The notes under the pieces: generated by a model | Databases searched by the model: none | Told to the model about the DNA's origin: nothing | Seen by the model: only the letters and a program-made list of their open reading frames with translations | DNA from: an uncultured delta proteobacterium | GTDB lineage: Bacteria > Desulfobacterota > BSN033 > UBA1163 | Reading direction: 5' to 3' | NCBI GenBank assembly: GCA_963827685.1 | Contig: CAWHBU010000001.1 | Coordinates: 160,001 to 224,000 of the forward strand | Length of the DNA stretch: 64,000 bases | Made by a program: the position numbers and the translations under genes | Shown: positions 33,608 to 42,765 of the stretch, piece by piece | Layout of the letters: each line of letters begins with the position of its first letter | How positions within the stretch are numbered: position 1 is the first letter of the stretch

Positions 33608-35028
33608 ACAGAGGCTCCTCAGACAGCTCTTCAAGAAAAACCCCACTTGATCAAGAAGAGACGATTGCAGCCATTTCAACTCCATTTGGAGAGAGCGGCA
33701 TTGGCATCGTCCGTATCAGCGGCTCTTTGGCCGAGCCTATTGGTAAGAGATTATTCAAGCCTAGAAAAGACCAACCCTATTTTGTTTCCCATCACCTCCA
33801 CTATGGGGAAATCATCGACCCCCAAAGTGGAAATCCTGTTGATGAAGTGTTGATTGTCCTGATGAAATATCCAAAGACTTATACAAAAGAAGATATTTTA
33901 GAAATACACTGCCACGGAGGATACTTCGTTTTGCAAAAGGTATTGGAGTTAGTATTGAGGGAAGGAGCTCGGATGGCCAATCCGGGCGAATTCACGAAGA
34001 GGGCGTTTCTAAACGGGAGAATTGACCTCACCCAGGCTGAGGCTGTGATTGATCTGATTAAGGCAAAGACTCAAATCAACCTTGAGATTGCCACCCAGCA
34101 ACTGAGAGGACGGCTATTCAGCGAGATGACCGATCTCAAAGAGAGATTGATCGAGTATCTTGCCATGATAGAAGCTCATATCGATTTTCCAGAAGAAGAG
34201 ATGGAGCCGATCACTTTTGGAGAGATGACAAAAGACCTGGAAGACATGGTCCATCAAATAGAGGAATGGATCAACTCGTATGAAGAGGGAAGGATTTTTC
34301 GTGAAGGAATCTCGTGTGCGATCGTGGGGAAGACCAATGTTGGTAAATCGAGCCTTCTCAATGTGTTGTTGAAAGAGGAAAGAGCCATTGTGACTCCAAT
34401 CCCAGGGACGACCCGGGATGTGATTGAGGAGGTCCTGAATGTTCATGGAATTCCGGTGCGTCTGATGGATACGGCAGGTTTGAGAAAACCCGCGGATTCC
34501 ATTGAAAAAGAAGGGGTGAGAAGGGCAAAAGAGCGGGTGGCTGACTCTGATTTAGTTCTGTTAATGCTTGATGGAAGTCGGGAACTTGATGGGGATGATT
34601 CGGAAATTTTCAGAGAAGTAAACGGAAAGAAGAGGGTGGTAATCATCAACAAGAGTGATCTACTTCTAAGAATATCCTTAGAAGAAGTGAAGAATCGATT
34701 CGAGAATGACCCGATCGTCCTAATCAGCGCTCTGAAAAATGAAGGGATCGATGATCTGAAACAGGCCATTTATGCCTTCTTGGTTCACAGAGATGTGAGG
34801 GCAACGCCAGAGCATCTGATCGTGGTGAACATACGCCACAAAACCGCTCTTACTCAGGCCAGGAATAATCTTTCCAGTGCAATGAAGGGACTGGAAGAGG
34901 GGGCTTCGCTTGAATTTATCGCCTTTGAAATTCGCTCTGTATTGGAAGCCCTGGGAGATTTGGTTGGAGAAACAGCCACCGAAGAGGTACTAAATCGAAT
35001 CTTCGAACAATTCTGTATCGGCAAGTAA
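33604..35028 (+). CDS. mnmE: tRNA modification GTPase
   Basis: TIAAISTP, GEFTKRAFLNG, GKTNVGKSS, GTTRD, DTAG, FCIGK. Confidence 0.99.
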   Translation: MNRGSSDSSSRKTPLDQEETIAAISTPFGESGIGIVRISGSLAEPIGKRLFKPRKDQPYFVSHHLHYGEIIDPQSGNPVDEVLIVLMKYPKTYTKEDILEIHCHGGYFVLQKVLELVLREGARMANPGEFTKRAFLNGRIDLTQAEAVIDLIKAKTQINLEIATQQLRGRLFSEMTDLKERLIEYLAMIEAHIDFPEEEMEPITFGEMTKDLEDMVHQIEEWINSYEEGRIFREGISCAIVGKTNVGKSSLLNVLLKEERAIVTPIPGTTRDVIEEVLNVHGIPVRLMDTAGLRKPADSIEKEGVRRAKERVADSDLVLLMLDGSRELDGDDSEIFREVNGKKRVVIINKSDLLLRISLEEVKNRFENDPIVLISALKNEGIDDLKQAIYAFLVHRDVRATPEHLIVVNIRHKTALTQARNNLSSAMKGLEEGASLEFIAFEIRSVLEALGDLVGETATEEVLNRIFEQFCIGK

Positions 35029-35044
35029 TGTTTCACGTGAAACA
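35029..35044. promoter_or_regulatory. parS site
   Basis: Perfect palindrome TGTTTCACGTGAAACA near the origin. Confidence 0.95.
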
Positions 35045-35112
35045 TACCACCTTTTTACGTCGAGGAATTGTCGTTATTGACAGAAATGGCTGATGCCTGA
35101 AGGGTTCCTAAA

Positions 35113-35655
35113 ATGATTACGATTCAACCCGAGAGGAGGGAGGATTATGCTGCCATTCATGAGATCAATGTTCTTGCCCTCGGCCAGGCGAACGAAGCAA
35201 GGTTGGTGAAGCATCTTAGGAAATCTTCTATTTTTATCTCAGGTCTTTCCCTGGTTGCCCTTACTGAAAATAGGGTGGGTGGTCATATTCTCTTTACGCC
35301 CATAGCCATCCAGACCAAAGGTGGATCTGTTCCAGGCTTGGCTCTTGCACCCATGGCAGTTCATCCGGAAATCCAAAACCAAGGTATTGGTTCGAAACTT
35401 GTAAGGGAAGGCGTAGAGTTATGCAAAAAATATAGGCATGGCATAGTGATTGTTGTAGGCCGCCCGCAATTCTATTCACGTTTTGGGTTCACCCTTGCAA
35501 GAGCAAAAGGGCTTGAAGTTCCATCCCCTGTTCCAGATGAGGTCTTTATGGTTCTCGAGCTTGTTCCAGGTGCTTTGAATGGTTCCATAGGAATGGATTA
35601 TTTATCCTCCAGAATTCTTAGATGTTTAGGAAGAAGTGAGAGTAGAGATTTTTGA
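35113..35655 (+). CDS. YhbS-like GNAT acetyltransferase, probably frameshifted near the C-terminus
   Basis: GHILF, LAPMAVHP, QNQGIGSKL, YSRFGF; the family-like end IIYPPEFLDV* lies in another frame (stop 35629). Confidence 0.85.
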   Translation: MITIQPERREDYAAIHEINVLALGQANEARLVKHLRKSSIFISGLSLVALTENRVGGHILFTPIAIQTKGGSVPGLALAPMAVHPEIQNQGIGSKLVREGVELCKKYRHGIVIVVGRPQFYSRFGFTLARAKGLEVPSPVPDEVFMVLELVPGALNGSIGMDYLSSRILRCLGRSESRDF

Positions 35656-36998
35656 TCATGTTTCACGTGAAACATATAGCCCCCAACATCCTCCTTATCA
35701 ACCCCTGGATCACGGATTTTGCAGCTTATGATTTGTGGATAAGACCTCTTGGCCTCCTCAATATTGCCAGTCTTTCAAGGATGAATGGATTTCGAGTTAC
35801 GCTGATCGATTGTTTGGATTACTCAGTAAAAACAAAAAGGTACACCGATGGGAAGTTTTATAAGACTAAGATTGAGAAACCTTTTTCACTTAAATCTATT
35901 CCACGAAATTATAGCCGATATGGAATTCCTGAGGAAATGCTGTTGAAAAAGCTCTCATTCCTTGAAGAACCAGATCTCATTTGTGTTACTTCAGGAAGGA
36001 CTTACTGGTATCCAGGAGTATTCAAAGTAATTGAAATAGCAAGAAAATTATTTGTGGACGCCCCAATGATTCTGGGAGGGATCTATGCGACACTCTGTTA
36101 CGAGCATGCAAAAAAACACTCGGGCGTGGATATTGTGTTCAATGGAAGAGGGAAGCTTGAGGTTTTAAAGTTAATTTCAGATCTTTTAGGTTTCAAAATT
36201 GGGTTATCTGAATTCCGCAATTCGCAATCCGCAATCCGCAGTGAAAATTACCCCGCCTTCGACCTTTATCCCCAGCTTAATTATGCTTGTATTTCTACTT
36301 CCAAAGGATGCCCATTGAAGTGTACCTATTGTGCCTCTCCATTTTTAACGAAGGGTTTTTTCAGAACGGATCCTTTAAAAGTAGTTGAAGAGATTGAATA
36401 CTGGACAAGTAAACATCAAGTAAATGATGTTGCCTTCTATGATGATGCCCTTCTCATCGAGCCATCAAGACATATTATTCCAATTTTGAAAGAGATAACT
36501 AAAAGGAGCATTCACTGTAATTTCCATACGCCCAATGGTCTTCATATTAAGGAGATTGATGAAGAGGTTGCAAGCCTTCTATTCCGCACCGGGTTCAAAA
36601 CCATTCGTTTTGGTTTTGAAAGCTCGAATGAAGCGACACAGCTTGAAACCGGAGGTAAGGTCGACAATCAGGAATTTCGGCGAGCGATCAAACATTTAAA
36701 GAGGGCAGGGTATTCAGGGGAAGAAATTGGGGTATATATAATGGTGGGACTACCGGGCCAAAGCGTAGGGGAGGCGGAAGAGAGCATTGCCTTTGTAAGG
36801 GAAACGGGAGCGAGACCCATGCTGGTTGAATATTCGCCCATTCCTCATACGCCATTATTTGAAAAAGCAAAGAGAATGTCTTCATTTGATCTTGAAAAAG
36901 AACCCTTATTTCATAACAATTCTATTCTACCCTGCCGGTGGGATGGGTTTACAATGGCAGATTATAGAAGGTTAAAGGAAGAATTGAATAGAGGATAA
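35652..36998 (+). CDS. B12-binding-domain radical SAM protein
   Basis: ILLINPW, PLGLL, ILGGIYA, CPLKCTYC, FYDD, GFES; start uncertain. Confidence 0.9.
   Translation: MIMFHVKHIAPNILLINPWITDFAAYDLWIRPLGLLNIASLSRMNGFRVTLIDCLDYSVKTKRYTDGKFYKTKIEKPFSLKSIPRNYSRYGIPEEMLLKKLSFLEEPDLICVTSGRTYWYPGVFKVIEIARKLFVDAPMILGGIYATLCYEHAKKHSGVDIVFNGRGKLEVLKLISDLLGFKIGLSEFRNSQSAIRSENYPAFDLYPQLNYACISTSKGCPLKCTYCASPFLTKGFFRTDPLKVVEEIEYWTSKHQVNDVAFYDDALLIEPSRHIIPILKEITKRSIHCNFHTPNGLHIKEIDEEVASLLFRTGFKTIRFGFESSNEATQLETGGKVDNQEFRRAIKHLKRAGYSGEEIGVYIMVGLPGQSVGEAEESIAFVRETGARPMLVEYSPIPHTPLFEKAKRMSSFDLEKEPLFHNNSILPCRWDGFTMADYRRLKEELNRG
35659..35674. promoter_or_regulatory. parS site
   Basis: Perfect TGTTTCACGTGAAACA. 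Confidence 0.95.
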
Positions 36999-37002
36999 CT
37001 AT

Positions 37003-37689
37003 ATGAAACTATTAGAAATTGAAGAAGATATTTTTATTGTTGGGGGGCCAGACATCACAGATGGTCGAGATGGATGTATCTATTTGATAAATTTAGGGGA
37101 ATTGATACTGGTCGATGCTGGAGCAGGATGGAGTGTTGATAAAATTGTTAATAATATTAAAAAGTTAGGGTTTAATTGTAACAATCTGACTAAGATTCTT
37201 CTTACCCACTGCCATATCGATCATATTGGAGGTGCGCCAGAAATTAAAAAGAAATTTGGCTCTAAGATATACATCCATAAGTTGGATGCCCCACCTTTGG
37301 AGAACGGGGATCCGATTTTGACGGCTGCCAAATGGTATCAGACGAGTTTCCCACCAACTCCTGTGGATGTGAAATTCAATTTGCCTGAAGAGATATTAAT
37401 GATTGGAGAACAGAAAATTATCTGTCTTCATACACCAGGTCATACTCCGGGATCGATATGTATCTATTTGGATAAAGATGGAAAGCGAATTCTTTTTGCT
37501 CAAGATCTTCACGGTCCTCTTCTCGAAGAATTTGGTTCGAACATAGGAGATTGGGATCGTTCGACGAAGAAGTTACTCGACCTGGATGCAGATATTCTTT
37601 GCGAAGGACACTTCGGAATATACAAGACAAAGAAAGAGGTTAGAGAATATATCCTCTCCTATCGCCGCCAGTATGGAGTAGATGAATAG
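37003..37689 (+). CDS. Metallo-beta-lactamase-fold hydrolase
   Basis: THCHIDHIGG, TPGHTPG, EGH. Confidence 0.92.
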   Translation: MKLLEIEEDIFIVGGPDITDGRDGCIYLINLGELILVDAGAGWSVDKIVNNIKKLGFNCNNLTKILLTHCHIDHIGGAPEIKKKFGSKIYIHKLDAPPLENGDPILTAAKWYQTSFPPTPVDVKFNLPEEILMIGEQKIICLHTPGHTPGSICIYLDKDGKRILFAQDLHGPLLEEFGSNIGDWDRSTKKLLDLDADILCEGHFGIYKTKKEVREYILSYRRQYGVDE

Positions 37690-37770
37690 GCAATAAAAGG
37701 AATCTTCTCTTGACTTATCTGGAGCATTAAAATACAAAAGAAGCAAGAATCCACAACAAAAACTAATTTA

Positions 37771-38325
37771 ATGGAGGCAAATATGTTCAAAAAGCCCAGG
37801 TTGTCTCATTTCATCTTTTTTAATATTTTTCTTCTTGTATGTATTGGATTCTTGCAACAAGCTTCTGCTCAAGAGAACCGTTTCAGCTACAAAAGATTTT
37901 CCCTTACCTTGCCCGAAGGCTGGGCGAAACAAGATATCTCTAAAGGGTCGGAAAAAGAGGTTGTGGGATCTTTGAAGTCTGAAAACATTAAAGGGGCCAC
38001 AGTCCTGGTGCTTTGCTATAGCAGTTGGCGATATGACTACAGTAGAGTAAGAATCGCCGGCCTGAAAACCATTGCCTCGGTTTATCCCAAAGGTCAAAAG
38101 ATGCTCAAGAAAGAATCCAAATTGAAGACAGACGGAGGATTAACAGCCGTCACGGAATTGTGGCAAGGCGCTGTGGATGCCGGTGGAACAACGGTGCTTC
38201 TCCAATCGCCCATGGGAATCATGGAAACCAGGGAGGGATGGATACTCATGCTGGGATTTGCACCCGATGCATCCGGAGGACAATTGGAGGAAGATTTCCT
38301 CAAAATGATAAAATCAGCGAAATAA
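37771..38325 (+). CDS. Hypothetical exported protein
   Basis: Signal peptide ending ASA-Q; GGAGG RBS favours the second Met. Confidence 0.75.
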   Translation: MEANMFKKPRLSHFIFFNIFLLVCIGFLQQASAQENRFSYKRFSLTLPEGWAKQDISKGSEKEVVGSLKSENIKGATVLVLCYSSWRYDYSRVRIAGLKTIASVYPKGQKMLKKESKLKTDGGLTAVTELWQGAVDAGGTTVLLQSPMGIMETREGWILMLGFAPDASGGQLEEDFLKMIKSAK

Positions 38326-38514
38326 GGACTCAACTTCGATTAAGTCTTTTTCCCAAAACCTCTCCGCCCAATGATTTCTTCACTTCTAAAGATTGAGCTC
38401 ACAACTATCCCTACTCAAGAAGATGATGGACTAATCAGTATAAAAGACAGTTGGGTAATTGTGGGTTAATATTTTATAATTTTAGAAATTCCTTTAGAGT
38501 GGTGATAATAATAA

Positions 38515-38712
38515 GTGGCTGATTCTGACAAGAAGTTTATCTATGAAGACGGAATCTGTTTTGAGGTAACACCTTATGGACTCGTCTGTTGTTTAAAAGA
38601 GAGCAAGGACAAGAAGCATCGCTGCCCTGACTGCAAATTCTGCCAATGGTGTTCCGATTCGCGATGCAGCCTCTGTCTTAGACAGGGAGAATACGGTTGC
38701 GGCAGCTACTGA
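38515..38712 (+). CDS. Small Cys-rich putative metal-binding protein
   Basis: KKHRCPDCKFCQWCSDSRCSLC; 10 Cys in 65 aa. Confidence 0.65.
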   Translation: MADSDKKFIYEDGICFEVTPYGLVCCLKESKDKKHRCPDCKFCQWCSDSRCSLCLRQGEYGCGSY

Positions 38713-38788
38713 TCATAAAAAAGGATCTTTACCTAGTCACATCAAATTCAAAGACCTGTCTTTCTAATCCTACGATAATGGTAAAGGG

Positions 38789-39475
38789 ATGACCATTCCT
38801 GTTAGCTACCATTTGATGAGAAGTAAGAAGAGGAGAAAGACGATTTCTCTCCATATCAAAGAAGACGGGAAAATAGTCATTATGGCTCCTTATCACACAC
38901 CGAAATGGGAGATAGAAAGATTCATCGAGGGAAAACAGTCATGGATAGTTGAGAAAATATCAGAAAAAGAAAAACAGATGAAAGAAGTAGAAAAGACGTT
39001 TCTACCGGGAGAGAGATTTTTGTATTTGGGAGAGTGGTATCCGTTAGAAATTCATGATTCTAGTCATAAGGAACCTCCTCTAACATTATCTTTTGGTACT
39101 TTCATCCTCAATAAGGATCATATTGAGGAGGCAAGGGGTCTTCTTATGCAGTGGTATAAGAGAGAGGCTAAAGAGAAGATCGTTGGAAGAGTTGATTACT
39201 ACAGCGGTAGGCTTCATTTGTTCCCGAAAGGGATAAGAATAACAAACGCCAGATCCCGGTGGGGCTCCTGCTCACGAGATAATCGATTATCTTTTAGCTG
39301 GAGAATTATCATGGCCTCCTTGGCCGCCGTCGATTACATCCTCATTCATGAACTTGTCCATATCAGAGAAAAAAATCACTCTAAGAAATTCTGGGCCACC
39401 TTAGAGTCAATTCTCCCTGACTACAGAAAACATAGACTCTGGCTAAAAGAGAATGGACATCTATTACAGCTCTAA
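38789..39475 (+). CDS. YgjP/DUF45 (M48-like) metal-dependent hydrolase
   Basis: RRKTISL, SRWGSCS, HELVH, NHSKKFW. Confidence 0.92.
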   Translation: MTIPVSYHLMRSKKRRKTISLHIKEDGKIVIMAPYHTPKWEIERFIEGKQSWIVEKISEKEKQMKEVEKTFLPGERFLYLGEWYPLEIHDSSHKEPPLTLSFGTFILNKDHIEEARGLLMQWYKREAKEKIVGRVDYYSGRLHLFPKGIRITNARSRWGSCSRDNRLSFSWRIIMASLAAVDYILIHELVHIREKNHSKKFWATLESILPDYRKHRLWLKENGHLLQL

Positions 39476-39561
39476 TAGGGATTGGTGACCCATGAGCAAT
39501 CTTGAAATACTGATGCAATCCGCTCATGATGTTTGTAGATGGAAAAGCCGAGGCTTTACGG

Positions 39562-40554
39562 ATGAAGAGGATTAGCCGAAGAGATTTTTTAAGATATACT
39601 GGAGCGGTTGGAGGAACTTTATTTTTAGGTAGGAATGGAGGAATAGCGATGTCCAGCACAATGAGTCATGTTGCATTGGTGAAGACAGATAATAGGAAAA
39701 ACGGGGTGAAGACATCTTTGAAGGCCCTCAATATTAATCCCTTCAAGGGAAAGAATGTTTTAATCAAACCCAATTTCAACACCGCTGATATCCCGCCGGG
39801 CTCCGCGCACAACGATACATTAATGGCATTAGTGGAAGAGGTCTGGGGAATGGGGGCTAAATCGATCAGCCTCGGAGAAAGAAGCTATCCACCTACCCGT
39901 GAGGTGATGGAGAAAAAAGGCATTCTGCCCGTTCTGGATAAATTGAACGTAAAGGTTATTGACTTTGATCATCTTGACGAAAAGGATTGGGTGTTATTCA
40001 AGCCTAAGAAGAGTCACTGGCCGAATGGGTTTCGGATTGCACGCCCCATTCTCGACGCAGAGTGCCTCATCTCCACCTGCTGCCTGAAGACCCATCAGTT
40101 TGGAGGAATCTTCACCCTATCCCTAAAGCTCCATGTCGGAGTTGTTCCCACGTTTCGTCATGGATATGATTACATGAAAGAACTTCACAGCTCTCCCGAT
40201 CAACGAAAGATGATTGCAGAGATTAATGAACCTTTTAAACCTGCCCTTATTGTCCTTGATGGAATCGATGCCTTTGTGGATGGCGGTCCTATGACTGGAA
40301 AGCCAGCGAAAGGAGAGGTCTTCCTTGCCTCTACGAATCGGGTTGCTATCGATGCAGTCGGAGTGGCCATTTTGAAACTACTCGGAAGCAATGAAAGCAT
40401 CATGAAACCAAAGATATTTGAACAAGATCAGATTGCAAGGGCAGTCGAACTTGGTTTAGGGGCATCGTCTCCTTCAGAGATCGAGGTGATGCCTGCCGAT
40501 AAGAATAGCCAGGATTTCCGCGACCGCATTATAGAGGTGTTGAGAAGAGGGTAG
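39562..40554 (+). CDS. DUF362 family protein with a Tat-like leader
   Basis: ISRRDFL leader; VLIKPN, LKTH, LSLK, AIDAV; second possible start at 39649. Confidence 0.85.
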   Translation: MKRISRRDFLRYTGAVGGTLFLGRNGGIAMSSTMSHVALVKTDNRKNGVKTSLKALNINPFKGKNVLIKPNFNTADIPPGSAHNDTLMALVEEVWGMGAKSISLGERSYPPTREVMEKKGILPVLDKLNVKVIDFDHLDEKDWVLFKPKKSHWPNGFRIARPILDAECLISTCCLKTHQFGGIFTLSLKLHVGVVPTFRHGYDYMKELHSSPDQRKMIAEINEPFKPALIVLDGIDAFVDGGPMTGKPAKGEVFLASTNRVAIDAVGVAILKLLGSNESIMKPKIFEQDQIARAVELGLGASSPSEIEVMPADKNSQDFRDRIIEVLRRG

Positions 40555-40752
40555 TCTTAAGTATAAAGCTGTATTATTTTTTTATTCCATATTAGTCCAA
40601 TGTATAAAATAGTTATAATTATTTTAAATCAATCAATTCAATCACTTATAAAATCACGCCTGTTTATATTTGAAGATATGTATATTTAGAATATTCAATT
40701 TAACCTCAAATCCTCTTCCTAACAAATCCAGAGTTTCTAAAAAATTTAATAA

Positions 40753-40798
40753 TATCAAATAGTTGAATAATAAATTATTCTTTGGCATGCCAAATGCA
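40753..40798 (+). promoter_or_regulatory. IHF site plus sigma54 (-24/-12) promoter
   Basis: TATCAAATAGTTG matches WATCAANNNNTTR; TTGGCATGCCAAATGCA has GG-N10-GC (40784-40797). Confidence 0.75.
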
Positions 40799-40836
40799 CT
40801 ACTTAGCTTGAACGTCGAAGAAAGGAGGAATTCAAA

Positions 40837-41121
40837 ATGGAAAAAGCAAAAAAAGGATTAAGGGTAGGGTTAATGGCTGGGATGATCACACTTATGGCTT
40901 CTCCAGCATTTGCAAGGTCGATCAGCCTGAAAGAAGGCGGGACGATGCTCTGGATCTTCATCATTGTCGGAGCGATTATCGTTCTTCTCCAATTGATCCC
41001 AGCAGCCATTCTCTTCTTCAGCTTCATTGGTACTGCAACCACCATGGCTTTGAAGAAAGAGAAGAAAGTTGAAGAGGAACTGGTTCTTCCAGGTGCTGAG
41101 CCAGTAGCGGTTAAGAAGTAG
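40837..41121 (+). CDS. Small membrane protein (QLIPA motif), paralog 1
   Basis: AAGGAGG RBS, signal-like SPAFA, hydrophobic IIVLLQLIPAAILFFSFIG. Confidence 0.85.
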   Translation: MEKAKKGLRVGLMAGMITLMASPAFARSISLKEGGTMLWIFIIVGAIIVLLQLIPAAILFFSFIGTATTMALKKEKKVEEELVLPGAEPVAVKK

Positions 41122-41141
41122 AAGAAACCATAGTAAAGGAG

Positions 41142-41405
41142 ATGATCGTCATGTCTGAGAAGATGAAAAAGATTCTAACAATCTTGAGTCTAGTCCTAAT
41201 AATGTCGATCTCCTTGTTCTCTTTTGGGATTGCTTACAAGGGTGGGGTCAGGGGAATAGGACTTGTGGGAGTCATGTTTTTCTTCACCTTTGGGATCATC
41301 GTGGTCCTGGCTCAATTGATTCCGGCAGGTATCCTCCTCTCCTCTTTTATCGGAGCCGCTGTCTCCCCTACGAGAAAGTCTGAGATTCCCATTCGTGTGA
41401 CGTAG
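41142..41405 (+). CDS. Small membrane protein (QLIPA motif), paralog 2
   Basis: IIVVLAQLIPAGILLSSFIG. Confidence 0.85.
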   Translation: MIVMSEKMKKILTILSLVLIMSISLFSFGIAYKGGVRGIGLVGVMFFFTFGIIVVLAQLIPAGILLSSFIGAAVSPTRKSEIPIRVT

Positions 41406-41425
41406 GAGGAATGGAATAGGAGGAG

Positions 41426-41860
41426 ATGACCATGAAATCAAAGACGATACTATTAGCCTATCAGGATGATTCTTGGACCCGATCGCTCTCCACTTTTTTC
41501 CATGGCATGGGATATAAGGTTGAAATAACAAAGGTGATGAGCGAGATGATTCGGCGGATTCGAAAAGGGAATATTCATGTCATTCTCATCGACGATGAGA
41601 TCGAAGGGGTGAAGGCATGCGATGTCGTCCCCTTGTTGAAAAATATCAATCCGAAGATTCAAATTATCGTCATCTCGTCAGAAGAATCTATTGGGTTGGT
41701 GAAACGTCTCCGGGGAGCGGGAATCTTCTATCAGGCGATGAAACCTGTGGATCTGGGTGAAATCAAGTCAGCCGTGGAATGCGCCTTTGGGAAGATTGAA
41801 CGGGAAAGTACCAAAGAAGGATTCTTCTCCTTTCTCACTCCAGAGATGGTTCCGGCATAA
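41426..41860 (+). CDS. Single-domain receiver (REC) protein with an atypical acidic pocket
   Basis: ILLAYQD, VILIDD, IIVIS, AG, MKPVD. Confidence 0.85.
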   Translation: MTMKSKTILLAYQDDSWTRSLSTFFHGMGYKVEITKVMSEMIRRIRKGNIHVILIDDEIEGVKACDVVPLLKNINPKIQIIVISSEESIGLVKRLRGAGIFYQAMKPVDLGEIKSAVECAFGKIERESTKEGFFSFLTPEMVPA

Positions 41861-42282
41861 GGTCTGAGTCAATCCCACCCTCCACCCAATACAGGATTAA
41901 ACTCAAATCTGCAATTGTACCCCATTCTACGAGTGTTCTCTACGGTTTCCTCCATGCAGAGCTTCAGCATCGTCCTAAAATGATTGGGACATTTAAGGTT
42001 GCTCACAATTTCTTGGATATGGCACAGTTGTGAATGAGAAGGGCATATTACAATAGCCTACTTATGCTAGACTCGATTCTCTAGGATCACCGGGTCCACA
42101 ATCTCTCCACAGGGCAGTTCCTGCAGGGGGGGATTCCTCCCTGGTCCTTGGCGAACCACAAAAATGGGGTAGGCCAGGAATACCAAAAACTTCATCAGAG
42201 AAGAAGGGAAAAAAGAAGTTGATCCCGACAAAGGATGTGCCCTATACTGGAGTTAAAGCTATTTATTCCTAAAGGAGGAACT

Positions 42283-42624
42283 ATGTTCTTCATCGTTCGA
42301 TTGATCATTAATATGGTGGCCATCCTGATCATCTCTTATCTCTTTCCAAGGATGATCCGGGTAGATGGATTTTTAGCCGCTTTGGTCGCTGCTTTTCTCC
42401 TGGGGATCGTCAACACGATCCTCCGGCCCATTCTGGTCTTGCTCACCCTTCCCATCACCTTGTTGACATTAGGACTCTTCTTATTGGTCATCAATGGATT
42501 GATGCTTTGGTTGGTATCAGCCCTGGTCAGAGGGTTTCATGTCAGTGGTTTTTGGGGCGCGGTGTTGGGCTCAATCTTGATTAGCATCGTGAGCTGGATA
42601 TTGTCCAGGTTTTTACCCTCCTGA
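42283..42624 (+). CDS. YvlD/DUF360 (phage-holin-family) membrane protein
   Basis: LGIVNTILRPIL, LTLGLFLLVIN, GFWGA. Confidence 0.9.
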   Translation: MFFIVRLIINMVAILIISYLFPRMIRVDGFLAALVAAFLLGIVNTILRPILVLLTLPITLLTLGLFLLVINGLMLWLVSALVRGFHVSGFWGAVLGSILISIVSWILSRFLPS

Positions 42625-42765
42625 AAAAAGGAATACGTTTCGAATCATCAAAGGTTGTCATTGCGAGCCCGGAAAGCCTAAGAGGGTTAACAAGGATCAG
42701 AAAATCTTGGGCACGTTTTGGCCAGCGGAACCATACCACCATCATTGCCCTGATTTGATCACGTC

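Noticed and set aside
34854-35045. 63-aa ORF starting MFHVKH
   Set aside because: Translation of the parS palindrome, antisense to mnmE.
42283-42624. Holin-family gene as evidence of a prophage
   Set aside because: YvlD/DUF360 genes are common chromosomal genes and there are no phage genes nearby.
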